Shown piece by piece: positions 28,040-37,309 of a stretch of DNA of 64,000 bases (position 1 is the stretch's first letter; each line of letters begins with the position of its first letter). The stretch covers positions 137,309 to 201,308 of the forward strand of contig JAKSUA010000003.1 of assembly GCA_024409235.1 (NCBI GenBank). Direction: 5' to 3'. The notes beneath the pieces are model-generated. The model was not told the DNA's origin. It saw only the letters and a program-made list of their open reading frames with translations, and ran no database searches. This DNA is from Bacteroidales bacterium. Lineage in GTDB: Bacteria; Bacteroidota; Bacteroidia; Bacteroidales; UBA1715. A program made the translations under genes and the position numbers.

Positions 28040-29437
28040 ATGAGCAAATTAGGACGTTTCATTATAGTTATATGCATAGGTCTTTTTATTGTTTCCTGCA
28101 ATAAAAGTTTTTATGCAAACACAAGTGCTGACAAATTAACATTTTCTGCAGATACGGTTAGTTTTGACACTGTATTTACAGAAAAGGGAAGCATTACAAA
28201 GTGTGTGAAAATCAAAAACAATTGTAATGGGATTATAAAAATTGATAGAATATATCTTGAGAATGACTCAAAATCAGAGTTTTACATTAACGTTAATGGT
28301 TCAAAAGGACCTCGATTAGAAAACATAGATATAGATGCAGGTGACAGCATTTTTGTTTTCGTGCAAACAAATCTGCAAAATCAAAAAGTGGATACTCTGT
28401 TATATCATGAGGAAATTTTAAAGATAGAATATAACCATTTAAGTGACCAGATAATACTTACGGCATGGGGACAGGATGTGATTAATTTAAAGGGAGCTGT
28501 TATAAACACGCAGACATTCACGGCAAACAAACCGTATGTAATTTATGATTCTCTTGTAGTAAACGAAGGGGAGATATTAACTATTGAAGCCGGTGCAAAA
28601 ATATATTTTCACTATAACGCGAACTTACTAATTCGTGGAACATTGCAGATTAAGGGAACGTCGGAATATCCAGTAACAATGTCGTCGGACCGTTTGGAGC
28701 AGACGTATCAATTGTTGCCGGGACAATGGGGAAGTATTATTTTTGAATCGAAGAGTAGAAACAACGAGATTTCTTATGCTCTCATAAAAAATGGAGTTAA
28801 TGGATTAGTTTTTTATGGAGATAACTCAAACAAGATTGACTGCAACATAAATAATTCGCAGATTTCAAATATGTCAGGGAACGGAATATATGCTTTGAAT
28901 GCTCATATTGATAGCTATAACTGTGTGTTCATCAATTGCGATTATACTATTTTAAACATTATGGGAGGATGGTTTAATTCTGTCCATAATACTATTTATA
29001 ATGAAGGATCTACCAAAGGAAGAAAATATTATCCATCGGTTTCAATTTCTGACTATAAAATGGATTCATCATTAATTCTTGTAGAAAAGGCGCATTTTTA
29101 CAACTCTATTGTTGTTGGCACAATGACAAATGAAATTTCATTTGTTGCAGAAAATGGAGATAATTCTTTGCCTTGTTTATTTAAAAACTGTCTTTTACGC
29201 GACACTTACACAAGATCGGATAGTGCTTATTATCTTGAAAATACTTTTTATGATAAAGAGAAGACTTTATTCTCTTCTCAAGGAGTTTACACTCTTGACA
29301 CGCTATCTCAGGCAATAAATATTGGAAAACTAGAATTTGCAGAATTATATCCAACGGATTTGTTAAATCATTCACGAATTGATGATGAGAAACCAGACGT
29401 TGGTGCTATGGAATACTACTATGAACCTAAAAAATAA
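28040..29437 (+). CDS. lipoprotein with Ig-like N-domain and right-handed parallel beta-helix region
   Basis: Lipoprotein signal (LFIVSC). A DUF1573/HYDIN-like segment (CVKIKNNCNGIIKIDRIYLE), then beta-helix-like repeats (LTIEAGAKIYFHYNANLLIRGTLQIKGT..., NGVNGLVFYGDN..., GNGIYALNAH). Confidence 0.55.
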   Translation: MSKLGRFIIVICIGLFIVSCNKSFYANTSADKLTFSADTVSFDTVFTEKGSITKCVKIKNNCNGIIKIDRIYLENDSKSEFYINVNGSKGPRLENIDIDAGDSIFVFVQTNLQNQKVDTLLYHEEILKIEYNHLSDQIILTAWGQDVINLKGAVINTQTFTANKPYVIYDSLVVNEGEILTIEAGAKIYFHYNANLLIRGTLQIKGTSEYPVTMSSDRLEQTYQLLPGQWGSIIFESKSRNNEISYALIKNGVNGLVFYGDNSNKIDCNINNSQISNMSGNGIYALNAHIDSYNCVFINCDYTILNIMGGWFNSVHNTIYNEGSTKGRKYYPSVSISDYKMDSSLILVEKAHFYNSIVVGTMTNEISFVAENGDNSLPCLFKNCLLRDTYTRSDSAYYLENTFYDKEKTLFSSQGVYTLDTLSQAINIGKLEFAELYPTDLLNHSRIDDEKPDVGAMEYYYEPKK

Positions 29438-30464
29438 ATTTTCAGAAAAGAACAGAATTTCCTTAATTTCCCGATTAATTGTTTTCGTATGCATATTATT
29501 ATCGGTTGGATTCATTGGATTTTCTCAGCAGCCGGATTTTGTGTTTATGTCGTATAATGTTGAGAATCTTTTTGATACAATAGACAATCCGTATAAAAAT
29601 GATGATGAATATCTACCGAATGCTGAGTTAAAGTGGAATACGTATCGCTATCAAAAGAAATTGACGGATATATCAAAAGTGATTGTTGCCGCAGGAGAGA
29701 ATTGGCATAATCCAGATGTGGTGGGGTTATGTGAGGTAGAAAATGATACTTGTCTTCGCGATTTAATTGCGAGAACAAATCTTTACAAATTACATTATAA
29801 ATATATTCACTACGAATCAAAAGATGCCCGTGGAATTGATGTAGCTTTATTATATAATGAAGAGACTTTTGTTCCAGTAAAACATTATCCTATTCGGATA
29901 CAATTTGATGATAACGCGCGTAATACTAGAGATGTGCTGTATGTAAAAGGTATAATAAAATCGACATCAGACACAGTATATATTTTCCAATGTCATTTTC
30001 CTTCGCGAAGAGGTGGAAAGGAAGAAAGCGAGCGGTTCCGTTTGCAGGTTGCAGAAACAATCCGGAAAAAGGTAGATAGTTTGTTACTTGAAAATCAGAA
30101 TTCAAGAATAATTATTGCAGGAGATTTTAATGATTATCCAGAGGATAAAAGTATAACGGAAGGTTTAAAAGCAAAAAAACAAAGTTCTGACTGTGAAAAA
30201 TGTCTAGTAAATCTTGATGATCCGACAGCGGAAGGGACATATAAATACCAAGGAAAATGGGATTTTCTTGACCAAGCCATTGTAAGTAAAGGCTTCTTAA
30301 AAAATTACAATGCTGAATATCATGTTGTTCAAAATGAATTTTTACTAAAAAAGAGTGAAAAAACAGGGGAAACAAGTCCGTACCGCACATACATTGGAAC
30401 AATTTACAAAGGGGGAATTAGTGATCATTTACCGATTATAGTTACGTTTTCACAAAAGAAATAA
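29421..30464 (+). CDS. endonuclease/exonuclease/phosphatase (EEP) family protein, membrane-anchored
   Basis: FMSYNVENLFD (N-terminal EEP motif), GLCEVEN, IIAGDFND, and SDHLPI at the C-terminus, with an N-terminal TM anchor. ATG 29421 overlaps the upstream gene by 17 nt. The longest ORF starts at 29379. Confidence 0.8.
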   Translation: MNLKNKFSEKNRISLISRLIVFVCILLSVGFIGFSQQPDFVFMSYNVENLFDTIDNPYKNDDEYLPNAELKWNTYRYQKKLTDISKVIVAAGENWHNPDVVGLCEVENDTCLRDLIARTNLYKLHYKYIHYESKDARGIDVALLYNEETFVPVKHYPIRIQFDDNARNTRDVLYVKGIIKSTSDTVYIFQCHFPSRRGGKEESERFRLQVAETIRKKVDSLLLENQNSRIIIAGDFNDYPEDKSITEGLKAKKQSSDCEKCLVNLDDPTAEGTYKYQGKWDFLDQAIVSKGFLKNYNAEYHVVQNEFLLKKSEKTGETSPYRTYIGTIYKGGISDHLPIIVTFSQKK

Positions 30465-30574
30465 TGTAAGAAATCAGTTGTCATTAATCTCAACTAAAAC
30501 AATATATTTGAAAAATGTTTTACAATTTGTAACCATTCTGTTATTCTATAAGTCTTATAATTGAATTTGAAATA

Positions 30575-31123
30575 ATGTTTACCGACGATGAAATTATAGA
30601 AGGTTGTTTGCAAAATGACAGAAAAATGCAGAAAGCTCTTTATGACAAGTATGCATCTCGTATGTTTGCTGTCTGTCTGCGTTACGCAAAGGACAAAGAC
30701 GATGCGGCAGATATTTTGCAAGACGGGTTTCTGAAAGTCTTCACTAAGGTTGACCAATTTTCTCGAGAACATTCTTTTGAGGGTTGGATTAGAAGAGTGA
30801 TGACGAACACGGCGATAACGCATTATTATCAAAATAAAAAGTTTAATGAACAAGAGAATATAGAGGAAATAAAAGAAACAGAAATAAGAGATTTTTCATT
30901 TAAAGAAGCAGATTTTTCAAACGAGGAACTAATGGGAGTGATTCAGACACTTCCAGACTCATACAGGATGGTTTTCAATATGTTTGCGATTGAAGGATTC
31001 AAACATAAAGAGATTTCAGAGATGTTAAACATTGAAGTAACAACTGTAAAAACTCAGTATCATCGTGCGAAGAAAATGATTCAACTGAAATTACAGGAGT
31101 TAGAAAAGGAAAGAAATCGATAA
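30575..31123 (+). CDS. RNA polymerase ECF-type sigma-70 factor
   Basis: Region 2 (DAADILQDGFLKVF...FEGWIRRVMTNTAI) and region 4 (LPDSYRMVFNMFAIEGFKHKEISEMLNIEVTTVKTQYHRAKKMI). 182 aa. Confidence 0.9.
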   Translation: MFTDDEIIEGCLQNDRKMQKALYDKYASRMFAVCLRYAKDKDDAADILQDGFLKVFTKVDQFSREHSFEGWIRRVMTNTAITHYYQNKKFNEQENIEEIKETEIRDFSFKEADFSNEELMGVIQTLPDSYRMVFNMFAIEGFKHKEISEMLNIEVTTVKTQYHRAKKMIQLKLQELEKERNR

Positions 31124-32745
31124 TGTTGAATAACGAAGACGAAATAGAACAATTTTTCAATGACCGTTTCAAAGACGCGGAAGTTGCTCCGTCCAATGAT
31201 ATATGGACGAAGTTAGAGTCCGATCTTGAAAAACAGGATGTTGAAGGTCTTTATCAGGCGGCGTTCCAAAATGCTGCAGTGGAACCTTCGTCATCGGTAT
31301 GGAGAAAAATCTCTGCGGCTCTTGCGTGGCGTTCTTTCCTTACGTTTAATTTCACTACGTTTAATATTTATTATGCTTCGGTGATTACAGCCATAGTGGG
31401 CTTTTCGGTTTTCAGTTTGTTGCGTGAAAAAACAAATGATGCAGATGGCGTAATGCAAACGGAAGTTCTTGCTCAGTCGTCAGAAAATATCTCAAAAATT
31501 GATAATCTTGAAGACATACAGGATGAATCTATAGAGAATAAAACTGTTGAATATTCTCAGGTAAATCAGATTGAAAATTCGGATTTTGTTCAATCTTCAG
31601 ACAGTAAAAAGTCTGAACAAAACACAGAATACAAGTCTGCAAATGAAGAAAATAGTAAGAAAAGAAAGGATAAGGATGCAGACGAAAGAAAGGTTGACTG
31701 GTCGCATGTGAGAATAGTTGGAAACAATTCTATTTGTAAAGACATTCCTTCTGTTTATTCAGTTGAGGGATTAAATGAGCATGCTGACATACAATGGAAT
31801 TTGCCGAAAGCAGCAAAGAAAAATTCTAATGCCGGACATAACATTTCAATTATTTGGATAGAATCTGGACAACAAACGCTTTCTGCTAATGTAAAGGTTA
31901 GTGGAGAAAAGAAAACCATAGATTTTTCAGTAAATGTTGAGGGAGTTGCTGTTCCTAATATAAAAGGAAAGGTAAAAGTTTGTCAGGGAATGGAGAAGCA
32001 ATTGTATTATGTTGATGAAACTATTAATAAGGAGATTTCTTATTTATGGGAATCTCAGCAAAATACAATCGACCAAATTGGTAACAAATACATTAATGTT
32101 GATTGGACAAAAAGTGGTAAAGATACTTTGTCGGTAACTAAAATAAACACGATAACTGGTTGTAAATCACAGGCAGAGATTGGTATTGTTGTATATCCTC
32201 AGCCAAAAATTGATTTTGAATATTATCCATTGGGTGATCAAGAATATGAATTTGCTTTTACCGAAACTCCTCGAAAAGGATATTCTTATGAATGGTTGAT
32301 AGAAGGCGTGGAATATGATGAACAAACCGTTATTCATGAGGCGTCTGGAACAGGTAGCTCTTTTGCTACGTTAAAGGTTACAGATAAAAATGGTTGTATA
32401 AGCAAAGTTCAGAAAGAGGTTGATTTCAATAAGAATTTTATAGCAATCCCTTCTAAATATAGTCCATCGAGCGGTAAGTATTTTATGCCATTGACAAATG
32501 CAGCTTTGCAGAGTTACCGTATGGAAATATACAACGCACGTAACGAAAAAGTTTGGGAATCTACTGAACTTGCGAATGGAAAACCTGCTGCTGGATGGGA
32601 TGGCAAATTCCGTGGAGCTAATCTTCCGAGAGGAAAATATATGTGGAAGATTTATGCAACATTTGATGACGGAACACAATGGAAAGGTGTGACTCAGCCA
32701 AATGGTTCATGCCGTCCGAATGGAATTTTCATCCTTGAAAACTAA
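31123..32745 (+). CDS. anti-sigma-like single-pass membrane protein with Ig-like repeats and CHU_C/T9SS type-B-like C-terminal domain
   Basis: The start overlaps the sigma stop by 1 nt (TAATG). It has an N-terminal ~70-aa cytoplasmic segment with repeated (V/E)xPSxxxW motifs, one TM (IYYASVITAIVGFSVFSLL) and an acidic/Ser-rich linker. The C-terminus is IPSKYSPSSGKYFMP...YRMEIYNARNEKVWES...GWDGKFRGANLPRGKYMWKI. Confidence 0.65.
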   Translation: MLNNEDEIEQFFNDRFKDAEVAPSNDIWTKLESDLEKQDVEGLYQAAFQNAAVEPSSSVWRKISAALAWRSFLTFNFTTFNIYYASVITAIVGFSVFSLLREKTNDADGVMQTEVLAQSSENISKIDNLEDIQDESIENKTVEYSQVNQIENSDFVQSSDSKKSEQNTEYKSANEENSKKRKDKDADERKVDWSHVRIVGNNSICKDIPSVYSVEGLNEHADIQWNLPKAAKKNSNAGHNISIIWIESGQQTLSANVKVSGEKKTIDFSVNVEGVAVPNIKGKVKVCQGMEKQLYYVDETINKEISYLWESQQNTIDQIGNKYINVDWTKSGKDTLSVTKINTITGCKSQAEIGIVVYPQPKIDFEYYPLGDQEYEFAFTETPRKGYSYEWLIEGVEYDEQTVIHEASGTGSSFATLKVTDKNGCISKVQKEVDFNKNFIAIPSKYSPSSGKYFMPLTNAALQSYRMEIYNARNEKVWESTELANGKPAAGWDGKFRGANLPRGKYMWKIYATFDDGTQWKGVTQPNGSCRPNGIFILEN

Positions 32746-32801
32746 TTACTTATATTCTTTTGTAGGAAAGAATTTCTGCTATTTTTCTTTGAAAATTTGG
32801 T

Positions 32802-32809
32802 TATCTTTG
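32802..32809 (+). promoter_or_regulatory. -7 box (TATCTTTG) upstream of the BNR lipoprotein gene
   Basis: Perfect TAnnTTTG, 17 nt before ATG 32826. Confidence 0.4.
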
Positions 32810-32825
32810 AACAAAGTTTTCAAAA

Positions 32826-33806
32826 ATGCGTGTCTTTAGAATAATTGTGATGCTTTTTGTATGTGCTACAGTAGTGTGCTGCAAAGAGAAAGATGAGTTT
32901 TATTATACAACGGTAGGTACAATATCGGAGAAGATTGAAGTGAAAGATATTGTAGCTGTTGACAATCAAAGTTTTTTGCTGTTAGGAGCAGATAAGGATG
33001 ACAAATCTGTGGTGTATGCTTGTGTAGAAAAGGATAATATCTGGTCTTTTTCAAAGCGTTATACTGATGCCGAAAAATATAATGACATTGCCTTTTCTGA
33101 AGGTACTGTTTGGTTATGTGGGGAAAATATGTCATTACGAAAAAGTAAAGATACTTTACGTTCAAGTTCGATCTTTACTAAATTTTCATATTGGGATGAA
33201 TGGCCAAGTGAAAAAAAGAATTTGTTGGAAGTATATGTGAAAAACGGTCATCCGTTTTATATGATAGGAACAGATGATTTGTTGTCTGGTAGTTTTTATC
33301 GTTATTGTTATAACGATACTGTATATTCTAGTTCAAAAAAGAAATATGGCTTGAATGATATGGTTGTTTGTGAAGATGTTGCCTATGTTGCTGGCTATGG
33401 TTCAGTACTAAAAGTATCCGAAAAGGGAACCTTAGAATCTTTGGAAAAAATTGGAGGAGAAAACTTCACACATATCTGTTCTAACAACACATATTTGTTT
33501 GTAAGTACATATTCTGGTGACATTTATCGTTCTGAAATAGGTTCAGATTTGTGGACAAAGGTTGCATCGTGTGGGAAGAAATTACTTTTTGTTGAAGCAA
33601 ATTCTTTTGGAGATGTGATAGCAACTGGTGAATCAAAGGAAATACTTGTTTCTACTGATAACGGCAACAATTGGCGAGAGGAGAATTTTCAGGATGGAAA
33701 CAAGATATCTGCAGTGGTAACAATCAATGATATATTTTATATCGGGACAAGGAAAAGTTGTGTTTTGAAGGTTAATCATCAGGCATTGGCAATACATGGA
33801 AAATAG
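32826..33806 (+). CDS. lipoprotein, probable beta-propeller with BNR/Asp-box (Ycf48/sialidase-like fold)
   Basis: Lipoprotein signal (TVVCC), Asp-box STDNGNNW, and repeated hydrophobic-strand periodicity. The family is tentative. Confidence 0.5.
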   Translation: MRVFRIIVMLFVCATVVCCKEKDEFYYTTVGTISEKIEVKDIVAVDNQSFLLLGADKDDKSVVYACVEKDNIWSFSKRYTDAEKYNDIAFSEGTVWLCGENMSLRKSKDTLRSSSIFTKFSYWDEWPSEKKNLLEVYVKNGHPFYMIGTDDLLSGSFYRYCYNDTVYSSSKKKYGLNDMVVCEDVAYVAGYGSVLKVSEKGTLESLEKIGGENFTHICSNNTYLFVSTYSGDIYRSEIGSDLWTKVASCGKKLLFVEANSFGDVIATGESKEILVSTDNGNNWREENFQDGNKISAVVTINDIFYIGTRKSCVLKVNHQALAIHGK

Positions 33807-36800
33807 ATTCAAAATAATATTGTTGTTGATTCACAATTTGTTTCTGACAACATTTGTTTGTTTCTCACAGGATATTATTTTGAATGAAGTTGTTGCGAAA
33901 AATGCATCATGTTATAAAAGTTCAAAGGATGAAACTCCTGATTGGGTTGAGTTAAAAAATATTTCTCCTAATTTAATCTCATTGTCGGGATATAGTCTTG
34001 TTAGAAAAAGCAAGCCTGCCGAGGTCTATACTATTCCTTCAAAAAACATTCTTTCTGAGAAGGTTCTGCTAATTGAGCTGCAAGATTTTCCGTTGAGTGC
34101 TTCGGGAGAGACATTATATCTGAAAAAAAAGGAAGATATAATCGATAGTATTTCTTGGGAGAATCTTCCTGTGGATGTATCGGTAGGTCGTGCAAGAGAT
34201 GACAACTACAGCGTGTATTATTTCAAAACCCCAACGCCTAAAAAAATCAATAATACGGAAACTTTTGTGGCAAAAACGTTGCCTAAGCCAAAGGCAAATA
34301 AATCCTCTCAATTCTTTGTCAAAAAGTTTTATGTGAATGTTTATTGTAGTGATGAAAAAGCTACTCTTCGTTATACGTTGGACGGTTCCGAACCAACGCA
34401 ATCTTCTAATGTATATACGGATAGTCTGCAAATAACGAAAAACACAAATTTGCGTGTAAGGGCATTCAGGAGCGGATATCTGCCAAGTGAAACAATGACT
34501 ATAACTTATTTGAAATTACGGAGTTCCAGTTTGCCAATAGCTTCGATAACAGTAAAATATGAGGATTTTTTTGATGAATTAACAGGTATTTATGTGGAAG
34601 GTCCAAACGCAGAAAATGACGAACCTCATTTTGGTGCAAATTATTGGAATGATTGGGAAAGGCCTGTTCATTTTGAGTATTTTACAGAAGATGGTGCTTG
34701 TGTTCTTTCGCAGGATGTTGGAGTTAAAATAGGAGGAAATTGGAGTCGTGCGCAGCCACAAAAAACATTAAAATTATTTGCCAGAGATATTTATGGCAAG
34801 GATGAAATGAAATATAAGTTTTTTAAGGACAAGCCGATATCTTCTTTTCATGAAATATTACTCAGAAACAGTGGAAATGACTGTAATCAATCGCATATCC
34901 GTGATGGTGTTGCTTCTGAATTAGCAAAAGAAATGGATATTGACCGTCAGGCTTATCAGCCAGCTGTTGTGTATATCAATGGAGAATATTTTGGAATTCA
35001 AAATGTGAGGGAAAAACAGAACGAACATTATATTGCAGAGAATTACGGATATCTAAAAGAGGATATAGACATTATAAAAAATGGGTATGAAGTTTACAAT
35101 GGCAAAAGTGAAGATTATTGGTCAATGCGTAACTTTATAGAAAACAGCGATTTGTCAATCCCAGAAAATTATGAGTTTGCAAAAACATTGTTGGATATTC
35201 CGAGTTTTATAGATTACAATATAATAGAAATGTATGTTGTAAATGAGGATTGGCCAGGGAATAACATTGCCTGCTGGCATTCTCGTTCAAAAAATACGCC
35301 GTGGCGGTATTTATTATTTGACACAGATTTTGGTTTCGGAATTTGGAAGCTTGAGGAAAAATTAAATCAAAACATGTTCGAATGGTGTACAAGGGAGAAT
35401 TCTGGTGATTATGCAACTGCGAATTGGGCAACTGTTGTGCTTCGGCAGTTATTGAAAAATAATGATTTTAGGAGAGACTTCTTGAATGCTGTTGCTGATA
35501 GGTTAAATACAACATTGTCTCGTAAAAACGTTCCAAATGTTGTTGATTCTGTCTATAATTTGATTTCAGAAGAAATGCCGTTTCATAGACAAAGATGGGG
35601 CTCAAGTTGGAATGACCGTGAATTTGATAGAATGCGTGAATTTGGAGAACGAAGGGAATCGATTATGAGAAAGCAGGCAGAAGAGTTCTTTTCTACAAAC
35701 GGAAGTTACCAATTGTCGTTGAATGTGAAGGTAGAATCTACGGAAGCTTTCGATGATGCAGTTCCTGGGAGAATACATCTAAATACGATAGATGTTTCGA
35801 ATTTCCCGTGGAAAGGGAGTTATTTTAAAAATAATAAGATTTGTCTGACGGCAATTCCAAATTTAGGTTATGAATTTATTCGTTGGGAAGGTTCTGTAAA
35901 TACGAGTGAAAAATCTATTTATGTTGATACAGAAGATGCTACAAGTTTAACAGCAGTGTTTTCGTATGTTGGTAATGAGCCGTCGGTAGTTTTTACGGAG
36001 TGCTATTATCATGTTTCTCAAGAAGACGAAACCGAATGGATAGAACTTTATAGTGATCAAAATAAATTTTTAAACTTGACAAATTGGACGTTAATATTAG
36101 ATTGTAATAATCAAAAATTTGTTTTCCCAGAGAATAGTTCGATTGGGGCTGATGAAAAGGTGTTCAGCTTGATTGTGGCAAATAACAAGGAACGATTTTG
36201 TGCAAAATATCCTGACATTTCTCCTGAATATGTAGTGGGAGATTTAGGTTTTGTTTTTCCAAAGGATTTTGGTTACGTTACTTTAAAAGATGCAAATGAT
36301 AATACGATTTCAAAAATGGATTATTCCGATGAATTTCCTTATGTAAGAAAAGCAGATGGATATGGATATTCATGCGAATTGATGTATGATTATTATACGC
36401 TTGGTTTTGATAGCGAAAAATCGTGGTATGCTCCTACAAAAGGCGGAACTCCTTTAGTTGTAAGGCAAAACATTCCAGAAACAGGTTTTAGACCACCAAT
36501 TATTACGGAATTGAATTATGCTTCGGGAACAAAATATGATCCTGGTGACTGGATTGAAATTTATAATCCAAACGAAAGTATCGATCTTGTGTTGGATGAT
36601 TGGATGCTAATGGATAAAAGTGAAAACATTTTTATCCTGTCGGGAGAACTGCCATCAAAGGAATTTGTGGTTTATGCAAAAAATCCAGAAAAATTTCATT
36701 CGGTTTTTCCTGAGATTTCTTGTCGCCAGTTAAATATATCTTTAAATAAATTTGAAGATGCTGTAATGTTGTTTAATCCGTATGAATTTAAAGTAGATGA

Positions 36801-37209
36801 GGTATCTTATTCAATGTTTGAAAAACAATGGACAAAATCTGCCTTTGGAACAGGAAGAACTCTGTCGCTTGTGGATTTAGATGCCGACAATTCTAAGGGC
36901 GAAAATTGGAGAGCTAGTATGGGAATAGGAACGCCTGGGAGTCAAAATGATTTTGTCGATAATATTACTCAAGTAGAGAATAGCAATGTTGTGCTTTATC
37001 CTAATCCGTGTAGTGATTACGTGGTAATTCAAGCTGTGGGTGAATTCTCGTATGAGGTGATTTCAGAAGCAGGAGTTGTTGTTTGTACAGGGAAAGGATT
37101 AGATTCCAAATTTGTTTCAATGAAATCGTTTTCACCAGGAGTCTATGTCATAATAGTTTCAACACAAAATGGTGGAAGTGTAAAAATGTTGCTTGAAAAA
37201 GGTCTTTAA
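33796..37209 (+). CDS. CotH kinase-fold protein with three lamin-tail domains, chitobiase/FN3-associated and InlB-B-like repeats, and T9SS type-A sorting domain
   Basis: CotH core LLRNSGNDCNQSHIRDGVASELAKE...VVYINGEYFGIQNVREKQNEHYIAENY. LTD-like segments (ILNEV...DWVELKN; VFTECYY...EWIELYS; ITELNYA...DWIEIYNP). LRYTLDGSEPTQSS, GYEFIRWEG, and C-terminal VVLYPNPCSDYVVIQ...GVYVIIV. Overlaps the upstream gene by 11 nt. Confidence 0.8.
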   Translation: MENRFKIILLLIHNLFLTTFVCFSQDIILNEVVAKNASCYKSSKDETPDWVELKNISPNLISLSGYSLVRKSKPAEVYTIPSKNILSEKVLLIELQDFPLSASGETLYLKKKEDIIDSISWENLPVDVSVGRARDDNYSVYYFKTPTPKKINNTETFVAKTLPKPKANKSSQFFVKKFYVNVYCSDEKATLRYTLDGSEPTQSSNVYTDSLQITKNTNLRVRAFRSGYLPSETMTITYLKLRSSSLPIASITVKYEDFFDELTGIYVEGPNAENDEPHFGANYWNDWERPVHFEYFTEDGACVLSQDVGVKIGGNWSRAQPQKTLKLFARDIYGKDEMKYKFFKDKPISSFHEILLRNSGNDCNQSHIRDGVASELAKEMDIDRQAYQPAVVYINGEYFGIQNVREKQNEHYIAENYGYLKEDIDIIKNGYEVYNGKSEDYWSMRNFIENSDLSIPENYEFAKTLLDIPSFIDYNIIEMYVVNEDWPGNNIACWHSRSKNTPWRYLLFDTDFGFGIWKLEEKLNQNMFEWCTRENSGDYATANWATVVLRQLLKNNDFRRDFLNAVADRLNTTLSRKNVPNVVDSVYNLISEEMPFHRQRWGSSWNDREFDRMREFGERRESIMRKQAEEFFSTNGSYQLSLNVKVESTEAFDDAVPGRIHLNTIDVSNFPWKGSYFKNNKICLTAIPNLGYEFIRWEGSVNTSEKSIYVDTEDATSLTAVFSYVGNEPSVVFTECYYHVSQEDETEWIELYSDQNKFLNLTNWTLILDCNNQKFVFPENSSIGADEKVFSLIVANNKERFCAKYPDISPEYVVGDLGFVFPKDFGYVTLKDANDNTISKMDYSDEFPYVRKADGYGYSCELMYDYYTLGFDSEKSWYAPTKGGTPLVVRQNIPETGFRPPIITELNYASGTKYDPGDWIEIYNPNESIDLVLDDWMLMDKSENIFILSGELPSKEFVVYAKNPEKFHSVFPEISCRQLNISLNKFEDAVMLFNPYEFKVDEVSYSMFEKQWTKSAFGTGRTLSLVDLDADNSKGENWRASMGIGTPGSQNDFVDNITQVENSNVVLYPNPCSDYVVIQAVGEFSYEVISEAGVVVCTGKGLDSKFVSMKSFSPGVYVIIVSTQNGGSVKMLLEKGL

Positions 37210-37273
37210 TTGAGTGCAGTTTGAGAGATATTAAAACTTATTAACACCTTGGTTAATACTTAAAATATATTTC

Positions 37274-37281
37274 TACTTTTG
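37274..37281 (+). promoter_or_regulatory. -7 box (TACTTTTG) upstream of the Lys-rich protein gene
   Basis: Perfect TAnnTTTG, 29 nt before ATG 37310. Confidence 0.4.
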
Positions 37282-37309
37282 ATGCGAAATAAAACGTATC
37301 CAAAAAAAG

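Noticed and set aside
30494-30853. 119-aa minus-strand ORF overlapping the ECF sigma gene start.
   Set aside because: The plus frame has clear sigma-70 region 2 and region 4 motifs. The antisense ORF is hydrophobic junk spanning the intergenic region.
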